Positions 9,974 to 24,900 of a DNA stretch of 64,000 nucleotides are shown here, in pieces (position 1 is the stretch's first letter; every line of letters starts with the position of its first letter). The stretch covers positions 9,114,001 to 9,178,000 of the forward strand of contig OZ024757.1 of NCBI GenBank assembly GCA_964016885.1, given 5' to 3'. Source of the stretch: Eledone cirrhosa (Eukaryota). Under the pieces are notes generated by a model. It saw only the letters and a list, made by a program, of their open reading frames with translations. It made no database searches and was not told the DNA's origin. The position numbers were made by a program, and so were the translations under genes.

Positions 9974-12900
9974 CTAGCAGTAAAGCCCGGCGTTGCTCGG
10001 GGTCGCTCAGTAGCTGTGTTAAAGTTACAATGTTAAGTTTCTTTTTTGGCTTAAAAACTGTAATGTCTACTGTGCAGACTTGCATATGGTGTTTTTGATT
10101 AATATTCCCTCAACCAACAATATGCCTTATGAAGTTAAGAAAACATAACGATAACCCGAATGTTATAACAAAAGAGGATGCTGGGGATAAAAACTGCACT
10201 GGTTATATATTAACAAAGATCGAAAATGTAAACACTGCAACGCAGAGAAAAACATTAGCGTAACCAAATTATCAGTTATGTCTGTCTGCACGCCTATATC
10301 ACCTCTCTGCACGACTGTCTGTCTGCACGCCTATATCACCTCTCTGCACGACTGTCTGTCTGCACGCCTATATCACCTCTCTGCACGACTATCTGTCTGC
10401 ACGCCTATATCACCTCTCTGCACGACTGTCTGTCTGCACGACTGTCTGTCTGCACGCCTAACGCCGAAATATTTGCTTGTTTTACGTAGTCTTTAAATAG
10501 ACTTGTTTTCAAGTAAAAATATTGTTTTAAAATGCTTTTAAATGGAAATGAAGCAGTGTTCGAACTGATGAATTTTGCAGGTCAATATTTTGCTGGCTCG
10601 ACAACTGTTAAAGCCAGCGTAATTTTTTACGTAAGACGCTCAATGTAAACAGAACAAAGGGAAATAACTGATAACTTACGCTCAAAAATCGATACATTAT
10701 ATTCGATTTCGTCACATAGGGTGGGTCAATTTGAAATATTTTTTTTTCCGATGTCTTCGCTAGGGCTCAATGTACAAGTATAGCAATTTCGGTGCAATTC
10801 CGTGAGAGATTCTAAGAGGAGATGTGTGCCAAAAATCGATAGACAGACAGGCAACCACAGTTTTATATATATAGATAATAGAAAGCATTACAATAATTCC
10901 AAAAGCCAGAAAAGAAATAGAACTAGAAATATAATATGGTTTGCCCCCCCCCCCCTTTCTCACTAAATATTAAAACCCACATTGCTAAACGTAAGACGCT
11001 CAATGTAAACAGAACAAAGGGAAATAACTCGTCACTTACGCTCAAAAATCGATACATTAGATTCGATTTCGTCACATAGGGTGGGTCAATTTGAAATATT
11101 TTGTTCCGATGTCTTCGCTAGGGCTCAATGTACAAGTATAGCAATTTCGGTGCAATTCCGTCAGAGGATATGTGTGCCAAAAATCGATAGACAGACAGAC
11201 AACCACAGCTTTATATATATAGACTAACAGTAAAGTCCGGCGTTGCTCGGGGTCGCTCAGTAGCTGTGTTAAAGTTACAATGTTAAGTTTCTTTTTTGGC
11301 TTAAAGTCTGTCTGCACGACTGTCTGTCTGCACGCCTATCGAAATTTACAGATACATATATTTTAAATAAACTTATATAATTTTTGCTTTTTTTTACGAA
11401 ATATTTGCTTGTTTTACGTAGTCTTTAAATAAACTTGTTTTCAACTAAAAATATTGTTTTAAAAGGCTTTTAAATGGAAATGAAGCAAAACGGAAGCTTA
11501 GTGTTCGAACTGATGAATTTTGCAGGGCAAAATTTTGCTGGCTCGACAACTGTTCGTGTATTGTGTTAATGTCATTTTAAACGCTGAGAAAGCCAGCGTA
11601 ATTTTTTTAATTTTTGCACGCAGAAAATGTAAACAACGTAGGACGCTCAATGTAAACAGAACAAAGGGAAATAACTCGTCACTTACGCTCAAAAATCGAT
11701 ACATTAGATACGATTTCGTCACATAGGGTGGGTCAGTTTGAAATATTTTTTTCCGATGTCTTCGCTAGGGCTCAATGTACAAGTATAGCAATTTCGGTGC
11801 AATTCCGTCAGAGATTCTAAGAGGAGATGTGTGCCAAAAATCGATAGACAGACAGACAACCACAGCTTTATATATATAGACTAGCAGTAAAGCCCGGCGT
11901 TGCTCGGCGTCGCTCAGTAGCTGTGTTAAATTACAATGTTAAGTTTCTTTTTTGGCTTAAAGTCTGTCTGCACGCCTAACGAAATTTACAGATACATATA
12001 TTTTAAATAAACTAATATAATTTTTGCTTTTTTTGACGAAATATTTGCTTATTTTACGTAGTCTTTAAATAGACTTGTTTTCAAGTAAAAATATTGTTTT
12101 AAAAGGCTTTTAAATGGCAATGAAGCAAAACGGAAGCTTAGTGTTCGAACTAATTAATTTTGCAGGTCAAAATTTTGCTAGCTCGACAACTGTACGTGTA
12201 TTGTGTTAATGTCATTTTAAACGCTGAGAAAGCCAGCGTAATTTTTTTAATTTTTGCACGCAGAAAATGTAAACAGAACGTAAGACGCTCAATGTAAACA
12301 GAACAAAGGGAAATAACTCGTCACTTACGCTCAAAAATCGATACATTAGATTCGATTTCGTCACATAGGGTGGGTCAATTTGAAATATTTTTTTTCCGAT
12401 GTCTTCGCTAGGGCTCAATGTACAAGTATAGCAATTTCGGTGCAATTCTGTCACAGATTCTAAGAGGAGGTGTGTGCCAAATATCGATAGACAGACAGAC
12501 AACCACAGCTTTATATATATATAGAATAAAGGGAAATAACTCGGCACTTACGCTCAAAAATCGATACATTAGATTCGATTTCGTCACATAGGTGGGTCAA
12601 TTTGAAATATTTTTTCCGATATCTTCGCTAGGGCTCAATGTAGAAGTATAGCAATTTCGGTGCAATTCCGTCAGAGATTCTAAGAGGAGATGTGTGCCAA
12701 AAATCGATAGACAGACAGACAACCACAGCTTTATATATACACTAGCAGTAAAGCCCGGCGTTGCTCGGGGTCGCTCAGTAGCTGTGTTAAAGTTACAATG
12801 TTAAGTTTCTTTTTTGGCTTAAAGTCTGTCTGCACGACTGTCTGTCTGCACGCCTAACGAAATTTACAGATACATATATTTTAAATAAACTTATATAATT

Positions 12901-15900
12901 TTTGCTTTTTTTTACGAAATATTTGCTTGTTTTACGTAGTCTTTAAATAAACTTGTTTTCAAGTAAAAATATTGTTTTAAAAGGCTTTTAAATGGAAATG
13001 AAGCAAAACGGAAGCTTAGTGTTCGAACTGATGAATTTTGCAGGTCAAAATTGTGCTGGCTCGACAACTGTTCGTGTATTGTGTTAATATCATTTTAAAC
13101 GATGAGAAAGCCAGCGTAATTTTTTTAATTTTTGCACGCAGAAAATGTAAACAGAACGTAAGACGCTCAATGTAAACAGAAGGGAAATAACTCGTCACTT
13201 ACGCTCAAAAATCGATACATTAGATTCGATTTCGTCACATAGGGTGGGTCAATTTGAAATATTTTTTTCCGATGTCTTCGCTAGGGCTCATTGTACAAGT
13301 ATAGCAATTTCGGTGCAATTCCGTCAGTGATTCTAAGAGGAGATGTGTGCCAAAAATCGATAGACAGACAGACAACCACAGCTTTATATATATAGAACAA
13401 AGGGAAATAACTCGTCACTTACGCTCAAAAATCGATACATTAGATTAGATTTCGTCACATAGGGTGGGTCAATTTGAAATATTTTTTTCCGATGTCTTCG
13501 CTAGGGCTCAATGTACAAGTATAGCAATTTCTGTGCAATTCCGTCAGAGATTCTAAGAGGAGATGTGTGCCAAAAATCGATAGACAGACAGACAACCACA
13601 GCTTTATATATATAGAACAAAGGGAAATAACTCGTCACTTACGCCCAAAAATCGATACATTAGATTCGATTTCGTCACATAGGGTCGGTCAATTTGAAAT
13701 ATTTTTTTTCCGATGTCTTCGCTAGGGCTCAATGTACAAGTATAGCAATTTCGGTGCAATTCCGTCAGAGATTCTAAGAGGAGATGTGTGCCAAAAATCG
13801 ATAGACAGACAGACAACCACAGCTTTATATATATAGACTAGCAGTAAAGCCCGGCGTTGCTCGGGGTCGCTCAGTAGCTGTGTTAAATTTACATTGTTAA
13901 GTTTCTTTTTTGGCTTAAAGTCTGTCTGCACGACTGTCTGTCTGAACGCCTAACGAAATTTACAGATACATATATTTTAAATAAACTTATATAATTTTTG
14001 CTTTTTTTTACGAAATATTTGCTTGTTTTACGTAGTCTTTAAATAAACTTGTTTTCAAGTAAAAATATTGTTTTAAAAGGCTTTTAAATGGAAATGAAGC
14101 AAAACGGAAGCTTAGTGTTCGAACTGATGAATTTTGCAGGTCAAAATTGTGCTGGCTCGACAACTGTTCGTGTATTGTGTTAATATCATTTTAAACGATG
14201 AGAAAGCCAGCGTAATTTTTTTAATTTTTGCACGCAGAAAATGTAAACAGAACGTAAGACGCTCAATGTAAACAGAAGGGAAATAACTCGTCACTTACGC
14301 TCAAAAATCGATACATTAGATTCGATTTCGTCACATAGGGTGGGTCAATTTGAAATATTTTTTTCCGATGTCTTCGCTAGGGCTCATTGTACAAGTATAG
14401 CAATTTCGGTGCAATTCCGTCAGAGATTCTAAGAGGAGATGTGTGCCAAAAATCGATAGACAGACAGACAACCACAGCTTTATATATATAGAACAAAGGG
14501 AAATAACTCGTCACATACGCTCAAAAATCGATACATTAGATTAGATTTCGTCACATAGGGAGGGTCAATTTGAAATATTTTTTTCCGATGTCTTCGCTAG
14601 GGCTCAATGTAGAAGTATAGCAATTTCTGTGCAATTCCGTCAGAGATTCTAAGAGGAGATGTGTGCGAAAAATCGATACACAGACAGACAACCACAGCTT
14701 TATATATATAGAACAAAGGGAAATAACTCGTCACTTACGCCCAAAAATCGATACATTAGATTCGATTTCGTCACATAGGGTGGGTCAATTTGAAATATTT
14801 TTTCCGATGTCTTCGCTAGGGCTCAATGTACAAGTATAGCAATTTCGGTGCAATTCCGTCAGTGATTCTAAGAGGAGATGTGTGCCAAAAATCGATAGAC
14901 AGACAGACAACCACAGCTTTATATATATAGAACAAAGGGAAATAACTCGTCACTTACGCTCAAAAATCGATACATTAGATTAGATTTCGTCACATAGGGT
15001 GGGTCAATTTGAAATATTTTTTTCCGATGTCTTCGCTAGGGCTCAATGTACAAGTATAGCAATTTCTGTGCAATTCCGTCAGAGATTCTAAGAGGAGATG
15101 TGTGCCAAAAATCGATAGACAGACAGACAACCACAGCTTTATATATATAGAACAAAGGGAAATAACTCGTCACTTACGCCCAAAAATCGATACATTAGAT
15201 TCGATTTCGTCACATAGGGTCGGTCAATTTGAAATATTTTTTTTCCGATGTCTTCGCTAGGGCTCAATGTACAAGTATAGCAATTTCGGTGCAATTCCGT
15301 CAGAGATTCTAAGAGGAGATGTGTGCCAAAAATCGATAGACAGACAGACAACCACAGCTTTATATATATAGACTAGCAGTAAAGCCCGGCGTTGCTCGGG
15401 GTCGCTCAGTAGCTGTGTTAAATTTACATTGTTAAGTTTCTTTTTTGGCTTAAAGTCTGTCTGCACGACTGTCTGTCTGAACGCCTAACGAAATTTACAG
15501 ATACATATATTTTAAATAAACTTATATAATTCTTGCTTTTTTTTACGAAATATTTGCTTGTTTTACGTAGTCTTTAAATAAACTTGTTTTCAAGTAAAAA
15601 TATTGTTTTAAAAGGCTTTTAAATGGAAATGAAGCAAAACGGAAGCTTAGTGTTCGAACTGATGAATTTTGCAGGTCAAAATTGTGCTGGCTCGACAACT
15701 GTTCGTGTATTGTGTTAATATCATTTTAAACGATGAGAAAGCCAGCGTAATTTTTTTAATTTTTGCACGCAGAAAATGTAAACAGAACGTAAGACGCTCA
15801 ATGTAAACAGAAGGGAAATAACTCGTCACTTACGCTCAAAAATCGATACATTAGATTCGATTTCGTCACATAGGGTGGGTCAATTTGAAATATTTTTTTC

Positions 15901-18900
15901 CGATGTCTTCGCTAGGGCTCATTGTACAAGTATAGCAATTTCGGTGCAATTCCGTCAGAGATTCTAAGAGGAGATGTGTGCCAAAAATCGATAGACAGAC
16001 AGACAACCACAGCTTTATATATATAGAACAAAGGGAAATAACTCGTCACATACGCTCAAAAATCGATACATTAGATTAGATTTCGTCACATAGGGAGGGT
16101 CAATTTGAAATATTTTTTTCCGATGTCTTCGCTAGGGCTCAATGTAGAAGTATAGCAATTTCTGTGCAATTCCGTCAGAGATTCTAAGAGGAGATGTGTG
16201 CGAAAAATCGATACACAGACAGACAACCACAGCTTTATATATATAGAACAAAGGGAAATAACTCGTCACTTACGCCCAAAAATCGATACATTAGATTCGA
16301 TTTCGTCACATAGGGTGGGTCAATTTGAAATATTTTTTCCGATGTCTTCGCTAGGGCTCAATGTACAAGTATAGCAATTTCGGTGCAATTCCGTCAGAGA
16401 TTCTAAGAGGAGATGTGTGCCAAAAATCGATAGACAGACAGACAACCACAGCTTTATATATATAGACTAGCAGTAAAGCCCGGCGTTGCTCGGGGTCGCT
16501 CAGTAGCTGTGTTAAATTTACATTGTTAAGTTTCTTTTTTGGCTTAAAGTCTGTCTGCACAACTGTCTGTCTGAACGCCTAACGAAATTTACAGATACAT
16601 ATATTTTAAATAAACTTATATAATTTTTGCATTTTTTTACGAAATATTTGCTTGTTTTACGTAGTCTTTAAATAAACTTGTTTTCAACTAAAAGTATTGT
16701 TTTAAAAGGCTTTTAAATGGAAATGAAGCAAAACGTAAGCTTAGTGTTCGAACTGATGAATTTTGCAGGTCAAAATTTTGCTGGCTCGACAACTGTTCGT
16801 GTATTGTGTTAATGTCATTTTAAACGCTGAGAAAGCCAGCGTAATTTTTTTAATTTTTGCACGCAGAAAATGTAAACAGAACGTAACACGCTCAATGTAA
16901 ACAGAAGGGAAATAACTCGTCACTTACGCTCAAAAATCGATACATTAGATTCGATTTCGTCACATAGGGTGGGTCAATTTGAAATATTTGATTTCCGATG
17001 TCTTAGCTAGGGCTCAATGTACAAGTATAGCAATTTCGGTGCAATTCCGTCAGAGATTCTAAGAGGAGATGTGTGCCAAAAATCGATAGACAGACAGACA
17101 ACCACAGCTTTATATATATAGACTAGCAGTAAAGCCCGGCGTTGCTCGGGGTCGCTCAGTAGCTGTGTTAAATTACAATGTTAAGTTTCTTTTTTGGATT
17201 AAAGTCTGTCTGCACGCCTAACGAAATTTACAGATACATATATTTTAAATAAACTAATATAATTTTTGCTTTTTTTGACGAAATATTTGCTTATTTTACG
17301 TAGTCTTTAAATAGACTTGTTTTCAAGTAAAAATATTGTTTTAAAAGGCTTTTAAATGGCAATGAAGCAAAACGGAAGCTTAGTGTTCGAACTAATTAAT
17401 TTTGCAGGTCAAAATTTTGCTAGCTCGACAACTGTACGTGTATTGTGTTAATGTCATTTTAAACGCTGAGAAAGCCAGCGTAATTTTTTTAATTTTTGCA
17501 CGCAGAAAATGTAAACAGAACGTAAGACGCTCAATGTAAACAGAACAAAGGGAAATAACTCGTCACTTACGCTCAAAAATCGATACATTAGATTCGATTT
17601 CGTCACATAGGGTGGGTCAATTTGAAATATTTTTTCCGATGTCTTCGCTAGGGCTCAATGTACAAGTATAGCAATTTCGGTGCAATTCTGTCACAGATTC
17701 TAAGAGGAGGTGTGTGCCAAATATCGATAGACAGACAGACAACCACAGCTTTATATATATATAGAACAAAGGGAAATAACTCGGCACTTACGCTCAAAGA
17801 TCGATACATTAGATTCGATTTCATCACATAGGTGGGTCAATTTGAAATATTTTTTCCGATATCTTCGCTAGGGCTCAATGTAGAAGTATAGCAATTTCGG
17901 TGCAATTCCGTCAGAGATTCTAAGAGGAGATGTGTGCCAAAATTCGATAGACAGACAGACAACCACAGCTTTATATATATAGACTAGCAGTAAAGCCCGG
18001 CGTTGCTCGGGGTCGCTCAGTAGCTGTGTTAAAGTTACAATGTTAAGTTTCTTTTTTGGCTTAAAGTCTGTCTGCACGACTGTCTGTCTGCACGCCTAAC
18101 GAAATTTACAGATACATATATTTTAAATAAACTTATATAATTTTTGCTTTTTTTTACGAAATATTTGCTTGTTTTACGTAGTCTTTAAATAAACTTGTTT
18201 TCAAGTAAAAATATTGTTTTAAAAGGCTTTTAAATGGAAATGAAGCAAAACGGAAGCTTAGTGTTCGAACTGATGAATTTTGCAGGTCAAAATTGTGCTG
18301 GCTCGACAACTGTTCGTGTATTGTGTTAATATCATTTTAAACGATGAGAAAGCCAGCGTAATTTTTTTAATTTTTGCACGCAGAAAATGTAAACAGAACG
18401 TAAGACGCTCAATGTAAACAGAAGGGAAATAACTCGTCACTTACGCTCAAAAATCGATACATTAGATTCGATTTCGTCACATAGGGTGGGTCAATTTGAA
18501 ATATTTTTTTCCGATGTCTTCGCTAGGGCTCATTGTACAAGTATAGCAATTTCGGTGCAATTCCGTCAGAGATTCTAAGAGGAGATGTGTGCCAAAAATC
18601 GATAGACAGACAGACAACCACAGCTTTATATATATAGAACAAAGGGAAATAACTCGTCACATACGCTCAAAAATCGATACATTAGATTAGATTTCGTCAC
18701 ATAGGGAGGGTCAATTTGAAATATTTTTTTCCGATGTCTTCGCTAGGGCTCAATGTAGAAGTATAGCAATTTCTGTGCAATTCCGTCAGAGATTCTAAGA
18801 GGAGATGTGTGCGAAAAATCGATACACAGACAGACAACCACAGCTTTATATATATAGAACAAAGGGAAATAACTCGTCACTTACGCCCAAAAATCGATAC

Positions 18901-21900
18901 ATTAGATTCGATTTCGTCACATAGGGTGGGTCAATTTGAAATATTTTTTCCGATGTCTTCGCTAGGGCTCAATGTACAAGTATAGCAATTTCGGTGCAAT
19001 TCCGTCAGAGATTCTAAGAGGAGATGTGTGCCAAAAATCGATAGACAGACAGACAACCACAGCTTTATATATATAGACTAGCAGTAAAGCCCGGCGTTGC
19101 TCGGGGTCGCTCAGTAGCTGTGTTAAATTTACATTGTTAAGTTTCTTTTTTGGCTTAAAGTCTGTCTGCACAACTGTCTGTCTGAACGCCTAACGAAATT
19201 TACAGATACATATATTTTAAATAAACTTATATAATTTTTGCATTTTTTTACGAAATATTTGCTTGTTTTACGTAGTCTTTAAATAAACTTGTTTTCAACT
19301 AAAAGTATTGTTTTAAAAGGCTTTTAAATGGAAATGAAGCAAAACGTAAGCTTAGTGTTCGAACTGATGAATTTTGCAGGTCAAAATTTTGCTGGCTCGA
19401 CAACTGTTCGTGTATTGTGTTAATGTCATTTTAAACGCTGAGAAAGCCAGCGTAATTTTTTTAATTTTTGCACGCAGAAAATGTAAACAGAACGTAAGAC
19501 GCTCAATGTAAACAGAAGGGAAATAACTCGTCACTTACGCTCAAAAATCGATACATTAGATTCGATTTCGTCACATAGGGTGGGTCAATTTGAAATATTT
19601 GATTTCCGATGTCTTAGCTAGGGCTCAATGTACAAGTATAGCAATTTCGGTGCAATTCCGTCAGAGATTCTAAGAGGAGATGTGTGCCAAAAATCGATAG
19701 ACAGACAGACAACCACAGCTTTATATATATAGACTAGCAGTAAAGCCCGGCGTTGCTCGGGGTCGCTCAGTAGCTGTGTTAAATTACAATGTTAAGTTTC
19801 TTTTTTGGATTAAAGTCTGTCTGCACGCCTAACGAAATTTACAGATACATATATTTTAAATAAACTAATATAATTTTTGCTTTTTTTGACGAAATATTTG
19901 CTTATTTTACGTAGTCTTTAAATAGACTTGTTTTCAAGTAAAAATATTGTTTTAAAAGGCTTTTAAATGGCAATGAAGCAAAACGGAAGCTTAGTGTTCG
20001 AACTAATTAATTTTGCAGGTCAAAATTTTGCTAGCTCGACAACTGTACGTGTATTGTGTTAATGTCATTTTAAACGCTGAGAAAGCCAGCGTAATTTTTT
20101 TAATTTTTGCACGCAGAAAATGTAAACAGAACGTAAGACGCTCAATGTAAACAGAACAAAGGGAAATAACTCGTCACTTACGCTCAAAAATCGATACATT
20201 AGATTCGATTTCGTCACATAGGGTGGGTCAATTTGAAATATTTTTTCCGATGTCTTCGCTAGGGCTCAATGTACAAGTATAGCAATTTCGGTGCAATTCT
20301 GTCACAGATTCTAAGAGGAGGTGTGTGCCAAATATCGATAGACAGACAGACAACCACAGCTTTATATATATATAGAACAAAGGGAAATAACTCGGCACTT
20401 ACGCTCAAAGATCGATACATTAGATTCGATTTCATCACATAGGTGGGTCAATTTGAAATATTTTTTCCGATATCTTCGCTAGGGCTCAATGTAGAAGTAT
20501 AGCAATTTCGGTGCAATTCCGTCAGAGATTCTAAGAGGAGATGTGTGCCAAAAATCGATAGACAGACAGACAACCACAGCTTTATATATATAGACTAGCA
20601 GTAAAGCCCGGCGTTGCTCGGGGTCGCTCAGTAGCTGTGTTAAAGTTACAATGTTAAGTTTCTTTTTTGGCTTAAAGTCTGTCTGCACGACTGTCTGTCT
20701 GCACGCCTAACGAAATTTACAGATACATATATTTTAAATAAACTTATATAATTTTTGCTTTTTTTTACGAAATATTTGCTTGTTTTACGTAGTCTTTAAA
20801 TAAACTTGTTTTCAAGTAAAAATATTGTTTTAAAAGGCTTTTAAATGGAAATGAAGCAAAACGGAAGCTTAGTGTTCGAACTGATGAATTTTGCAGGTCA
20901 AAATTGTGCTGGCTCGACAACTGTTCGTGTATTGTGTTAATATCATTTTAAACGATGAGAAAGCCAGCGTAATTTTTTTAATTTTTGCACGCAGAAAATG
21001 TAAACAGAACGTAAGACGCTCAATGTAAACAGAAGGGAAATAACTCGTCACTTACGCTCAAAAATCGATACATTAGATTCGATTTCGTCACATAGGGTGG
21101 GTCAATTTGAAATATTTTTTTCCGATGTCTTCGCTAGGGCTCATTGTACAAGTATAGCAATTTCGGTGCAATTCCGTCAGTGATTCTAAGAGGAGATGTG
21201 TGCCAAAAATCGATAGACAGACAGACAACCACAGCTTTATATATATAGAACAAAGGGAAATAACTCGTCACTTACGCTCAAAAATCGATACATTAGATTA
21301 GATTTCGTCACATAGGGTGGGTCAATTTGAAATATTTTTTTCCGATGTCTTCGCTAGGGCTCAATGTACAAGTATAGCAATTTCTGTGCAATTCCGTCAG
21401 AGATTCTAAGAGGAGATGTGTGCCAAAAATCGATACACAGACAGACAACCACAGCTTTATATATATAGACTAGCAGTAAGGCCCGGCGTTGCTCGGGGTC
21501 GCCCAGTAGCTGTGTTAAAGTTACAATGTTAAGTTTCTTTTTTGGCTTAAAGTCTGTCTGCACGCCTAACGAAATTTACAGATACATATATTTTAAATAA
21601 ACTTATATAATTTTTGCTTTCTTTTACGAAATATTTGCTTGTTTTACGTAGTCTTTAAATAAACTTGTTTTCAACTAAAAATATTGTTTTAAAAGGCTTT
21701 TAAATGGAAAGGAAGCAAAACGGAAGCTTAGTGTTCGAACTGATGTATTTTGCAGGTCAAAATTTTGCTGGCTCGACAACTGTTCGTGTATTGTGTTAAT
21801 GTCATTTTAAACGCTGAGAAAGCCAGCGTAATTTTTTTAATTTTTGCACGCAGAAAATGTAAACAACGTAAGACGCTCAATGTAAACAGAACAAATTTAA

Positions 21901-24900
21901 ATAACTCGTCACTTACGCTCAAAAATCGAGACATTAGATACGATTTCGTCACATAGGGTGGGTCAATTTGAAATATTTTTTCCGATGTCTTCGCTAGGGC
22001 TCAATGTACAAGTATAGCAATTTCGGTGCAATTCCGTCAGAGATTCTAAGAGGAGATGTGTGCCAAAAAGGGATAGACAGACAGACAACCACAGCTTTAT
22101 ATATATAGAACAAAGGGAAATAACTCGTCACTTACGCTCAAAAATCGATACATTAGATTAGATTTCGTCACATAGGGTGGGTCAATTTGAAATATTTTTT
22201 CCAATGTCTTCGCTAGGGCTCAATGTACAAGTATAGCAATTTCTGTGCAATTCCGTCAGAGATTCTAAGAGGAGATGTGTGCCAAAAATCGATAGACAGA
22301 CAGACAACCACAGCTTTATATATATAGACTAGCAGTAAAGCCCGGCGTTGCTCGGGGTCGCTCAGTAGCTGTGTTAAATTTACATTGTTAAGTTTCTTTA
22401 TTGGCTTAAAGTCTGTCTGCACGACTGTCTGTCTGCACGCCTAACGAAATGTACAGATAGATATATTTTAAATAAACTTATATAATTTTTGCTTTTTTTT
22501 ACGAAATATTTGTTTGTTTTACGTAGTCTTTAAATAAACTTGTTTTCAACTAAAAATATTGTTTTAAAAGGCTTTTAAATGGAAATGAAGCAAAACGGAA
22601 GCTTAGTGTTCGAACTGATGAATTTTGCAGGTCAAAATTTTGCTGGCTCGACAACTGTTCGTGTATTGTGTTAATGTCATTTTAAACGCAGAGAAAGCCA
22701 GCGTAATTTTTTTAATTTTTGCACGCAGAAAATGTAAACAGAACGTAAGACGCTCAATGTAAACAGAACAAAGGGAAATAACTCGTCACTTACGCTCAAA
22801 AATCGATACATTAGATTCGATTTCGTCACATAGGGTGGGTCAATTTCAAATATTTTTTTTCCGATGTCTTCGCTAGGGCTCAATGTACAAGTATAGCAAT
22901 TTCGGTGCAATTCTGTCACAGATTCTAAGAGGAGGTGTGTGCCAAATATCGATAGACAGACAGACAACCACAGCTTTATATATATAGAACAAAGGGAAAT
23001 AACTCGTCACTTACGCTCAAAAATCGATACATTAGATTCGATTTCGTCACATAGGGTGGGTCAATTTGAAATATTTTTTTCCGATATCTTCGCTAGGGCT
23101 CAATGTACAAGTATAGCAATTTCGGTGCAATTCCGTCAGATATTCTAAGAGGAGATGTGTGCCAAAAATCGATAGACAGACAGACAACCACAGTTTTATA
23201 TATATAGAAAGACTAGCAGTAAAGCCCGGCGTTGCTCGGGGTCGCTCAGTAGCTGCGTTAAAGTTACAATGTTAAGTTTCTTTTTTGGCTTAAAGTCTGT
23301 CTGCACGACTGTCTGTCTGCACGACTGTCTGTCTGCACGCCTAACGAAATTTACAGATACATATATTTTAAATAAACTTATATAATTTTTGCTTTTTTTT
23401 ACGAAATATTTGCTTGTTTTACGTAGTCTTTAAATAGACTTGTTTTCAAGTAAAAATACTGTTTTAAAAGGCTTTTAAATGGAAATGAAGTAAAACGGAA
23501 GCTTAGTGTTCGAACTGATGAATTTTAGAGGTCAAAATTTTGCTGGCTCGACAACTGTTCGTGTATTGTGTTAATGTCATTTTAAACGCTGAGAAAGCCA
23601 GCGTAATTTTTTTAATTTTTGCACGCAAAAAATGTAAACAGAACGTAAGACGCTCAATGTAAACAGAACAAAGGGAAATAACTCGTCACTTACGCTCAAA
23701 AATCGATACATTAGATTCGATTCCGTCACATGGGGTCGGTCAATTTGAAATATTTTTTTCCGATGTCTTCGCTAGGGCTCAATGTACAAGTATAGCAATT
23801 TCGGTGCAATTCCGTCAGAGATTCTAAGAGGAGATGTGTGCCAAATATCGATAGACAGACAGACAACCACAGCTTTATATATATAGACTAGCAGTAAAGC
23901 CCGGCGTTGCTCGGGGTCGCTCAGTAGCTGTGTTAAAGTTACAATGTTAAGTTTCTTTTTTGGCTTAAAGTCTGTCTGCACGACTGTCTGTCTGCACGCC
24001 TAACGAAATTTACAGATACATATATTTTAAATAAACTTATATAATTTTTGCTTTTTTTTACGAAATATTTGCTTGTTTTACGTAGTCTTTAAATAGACTT
24101 GTTTTCAAGTAAAAATACTGTTTTAAAAGGCTTTTAAATGGAAATGAAGTAAAACGGAAGCTTAGTGTTCGAACTGATGAATTTTAGAGGTCAAAATTTT
24201 GCTGGCTCGACAACTGTTCGTGTATTGTGTTAATGTCATTTTAAACGCTGAGAAAGCCAGCGTAATTTTTTTAATTTTTGCACGCAGAAAATGTAAACAG
24301 AACGTAAGACGCTCAATGTAAACAGAACAAAGGGAAATAACTCGTCACTTACGCTCAAAAATCGATACATTAGATTCGATTCCGTCACATGGGGTCGGTC
24401 AATTTGAAATATTTTTTTCCGATATCTTCGCTAGGGCTCAATGTACAAGTATAGCAATTTCGGTGCAATTCCGTCAGATATTCTAAGAGGAGATGTGTGC
24501 CAAAAATCGATAGACAGACAGACAACCACAGTTTTATATATATAGAAAGACTAGCAGTAAAGCCCGGCGTTGCTCGGGGTCGCTCAGTAGCTGTGTTAAA
24601 GTTACAATGTTAAGTTTCTTTTTTGGCTTAAAGTCTGTCTGCACGACTGTCTGTCTGCACGACTGTCTGTCTGCACGCCTAACGAAATTTACAGATACAT
24701 ATATTTTAAATAAACTTATATAATTTTTGCTTTTTTTTACGAAATATTTGCTTGTTTTACTTAGTCTTTAAATAGACTTGTTTTCAAGTAAAAATACTGT
24801 TTTAAAAGGCTTTTAAATGGAAATGAAGTAAAACGGAAGCTTAGTGTTCGAACTGATGAATTTTAGAGGTCAAAATTTTGCTGGCTCGACAACTGTTCGT

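Noticed and set aside
11500-11545. CTGATGA + hairpin in the Helitron unit as a hammerhead
   Set aside because: No GAAA, stem III or closing stem I follows, and the motif is mutated in several units (ctaatta).
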